From Deinococcota bacterium (GTDB lineage Bacteria > Deinococcota > Deinococci > Deinococcales > Thermaceae), in NCBI GenBank assembly GCA_041695225.1, contig JBGFRI010000046.1, forward strand, positions 32,001-96,000: DNA of 64,000 nt. Reading direction: 5' to 3'. Numbering within the stretch: position 1 is the stretch's first letter; each line of letters starts with the position of its first letter. The position numbers and the translations under genes are program-made. Below the pieces are notes generated by a model. It did no database searches, was not told the DNA's origin, and saw only the letters and a list, made by a program, of their open reading frames with translations. This document shows positions 63,465 to 64,000 of this stretch, one piece after another.

Positions 63465-63819
63465 CTAGTAGGCTGCCAGTCGCCAATTTGTCCTCTGAAT
63501 CAGGATAGTTGTCGTCCGAGTTGACCCAACGTTTGTAGCGGTGGGCGGAAGCAAGAGAGGCTGTGACAAGGTGCTGATAAGAACGATGTGAGTTGGTGAT
63601 TGTGCAGATGCTGCATCCGATGAGCCGCTCCGTGGCTATACGGCCTCGGGAGTGGGCTGGGTGCTGGCGGCTACCATGGTGTTACTGACCCGGCTAGATG
63701 ATCTGTTTTTGCTGTGAGACCTGCTTCACTTGTCCACCATGGCTACACTCGAGGCTAGGGGTTGTTCTGCACAGGACACGGAAGATAAACCAGCAGCAAG
63801 GAGCCTGTCCTGAAGTACA

Positions 63820-63856
63820 GAAAAAAACAGATAGCGACCAGGCAGCGCTATCTGTT
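63820..63856 (-). terminator. Intrinsic terminator-like hairpin on the minus strand
   Basis: AACAGATAGCG-N9-CGCTATCTGTT followed by a T-run on the minus strand. Confidence 0.5.
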
Positions 63857-63965
63857 CTAAACGCTCGGGGTGGTGGAGGCCGAAAACCGAGACTATCTGG
63901 CCCTAACTGGTCTGGTAAGAAAACTTTCGCCTCGCATACTCACCCCACGCACGGTGAAGAAAGTA

Positions 63966-64000
63966 TGTCTCAGGTCTCAAGTCGCAGGTCTCAAGTCTAT
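63966..64000. repeat. Period-7 array (GTCTCAG-like), runs off the window edge
   Basis: gtctcag gtctcaa gtcgcag gtctcaa gtcta. Confidence 0.75.

Noticed and set aside
63465..63965. Possible gene remnants at the window end
   Set aside because: Only short broken frames; no family could be supported.

Overview
GC-rich chromosomal segment from a Deinococcus-Thermus bacterium, most like Meiothermus/Thermaceae. The assignment rests on Nqo-like complex I subunits, many apparently leaderless genes and the three-acs arrangement. Gene order: a giant TamB/AsmA-like gene; a deacetylase-YkoP / LtaA-like MFS / GT2 / GT4 cluster; a 2-kb insert with a radical SAM gene, bounded by a ~270-bp duplication of the GT4 5' end; hutI-hutU-hutH; three acetyl-CoA synthetase homologues, one fused to an IclR regulator; an OFA transporter; fdhD; a split NAD-dependent formate dehydrogenase; a Tat-signal SagB-type flavoprotein; an ABC-2 exporter; intact and decayed TA modules; prfB with its +1 frameshift; a PaaK-like ligase; the full nuoA-N operon; HisJ; a non-canonical PolX-PHP; and an HD-like protein. 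Intergenic DNA carries period-7 repeat arrays and nested REP-like palindromes. Best candidates for undescribed biology: (1) a possible pathway for the N-acyl-hexosamine glycolipid of Thermaceae; (2) an IclR-ACS fusion with a degenerate CoA half-site, possibly a one-component acyl-adenylate sensor; (3) complex I and FDH variants; (4) the heptamer arrays. No rRNA, tRNA, CRISPR array, integrase or transposase was recognised. All family calls come from motif reading by eye, not from database searches.
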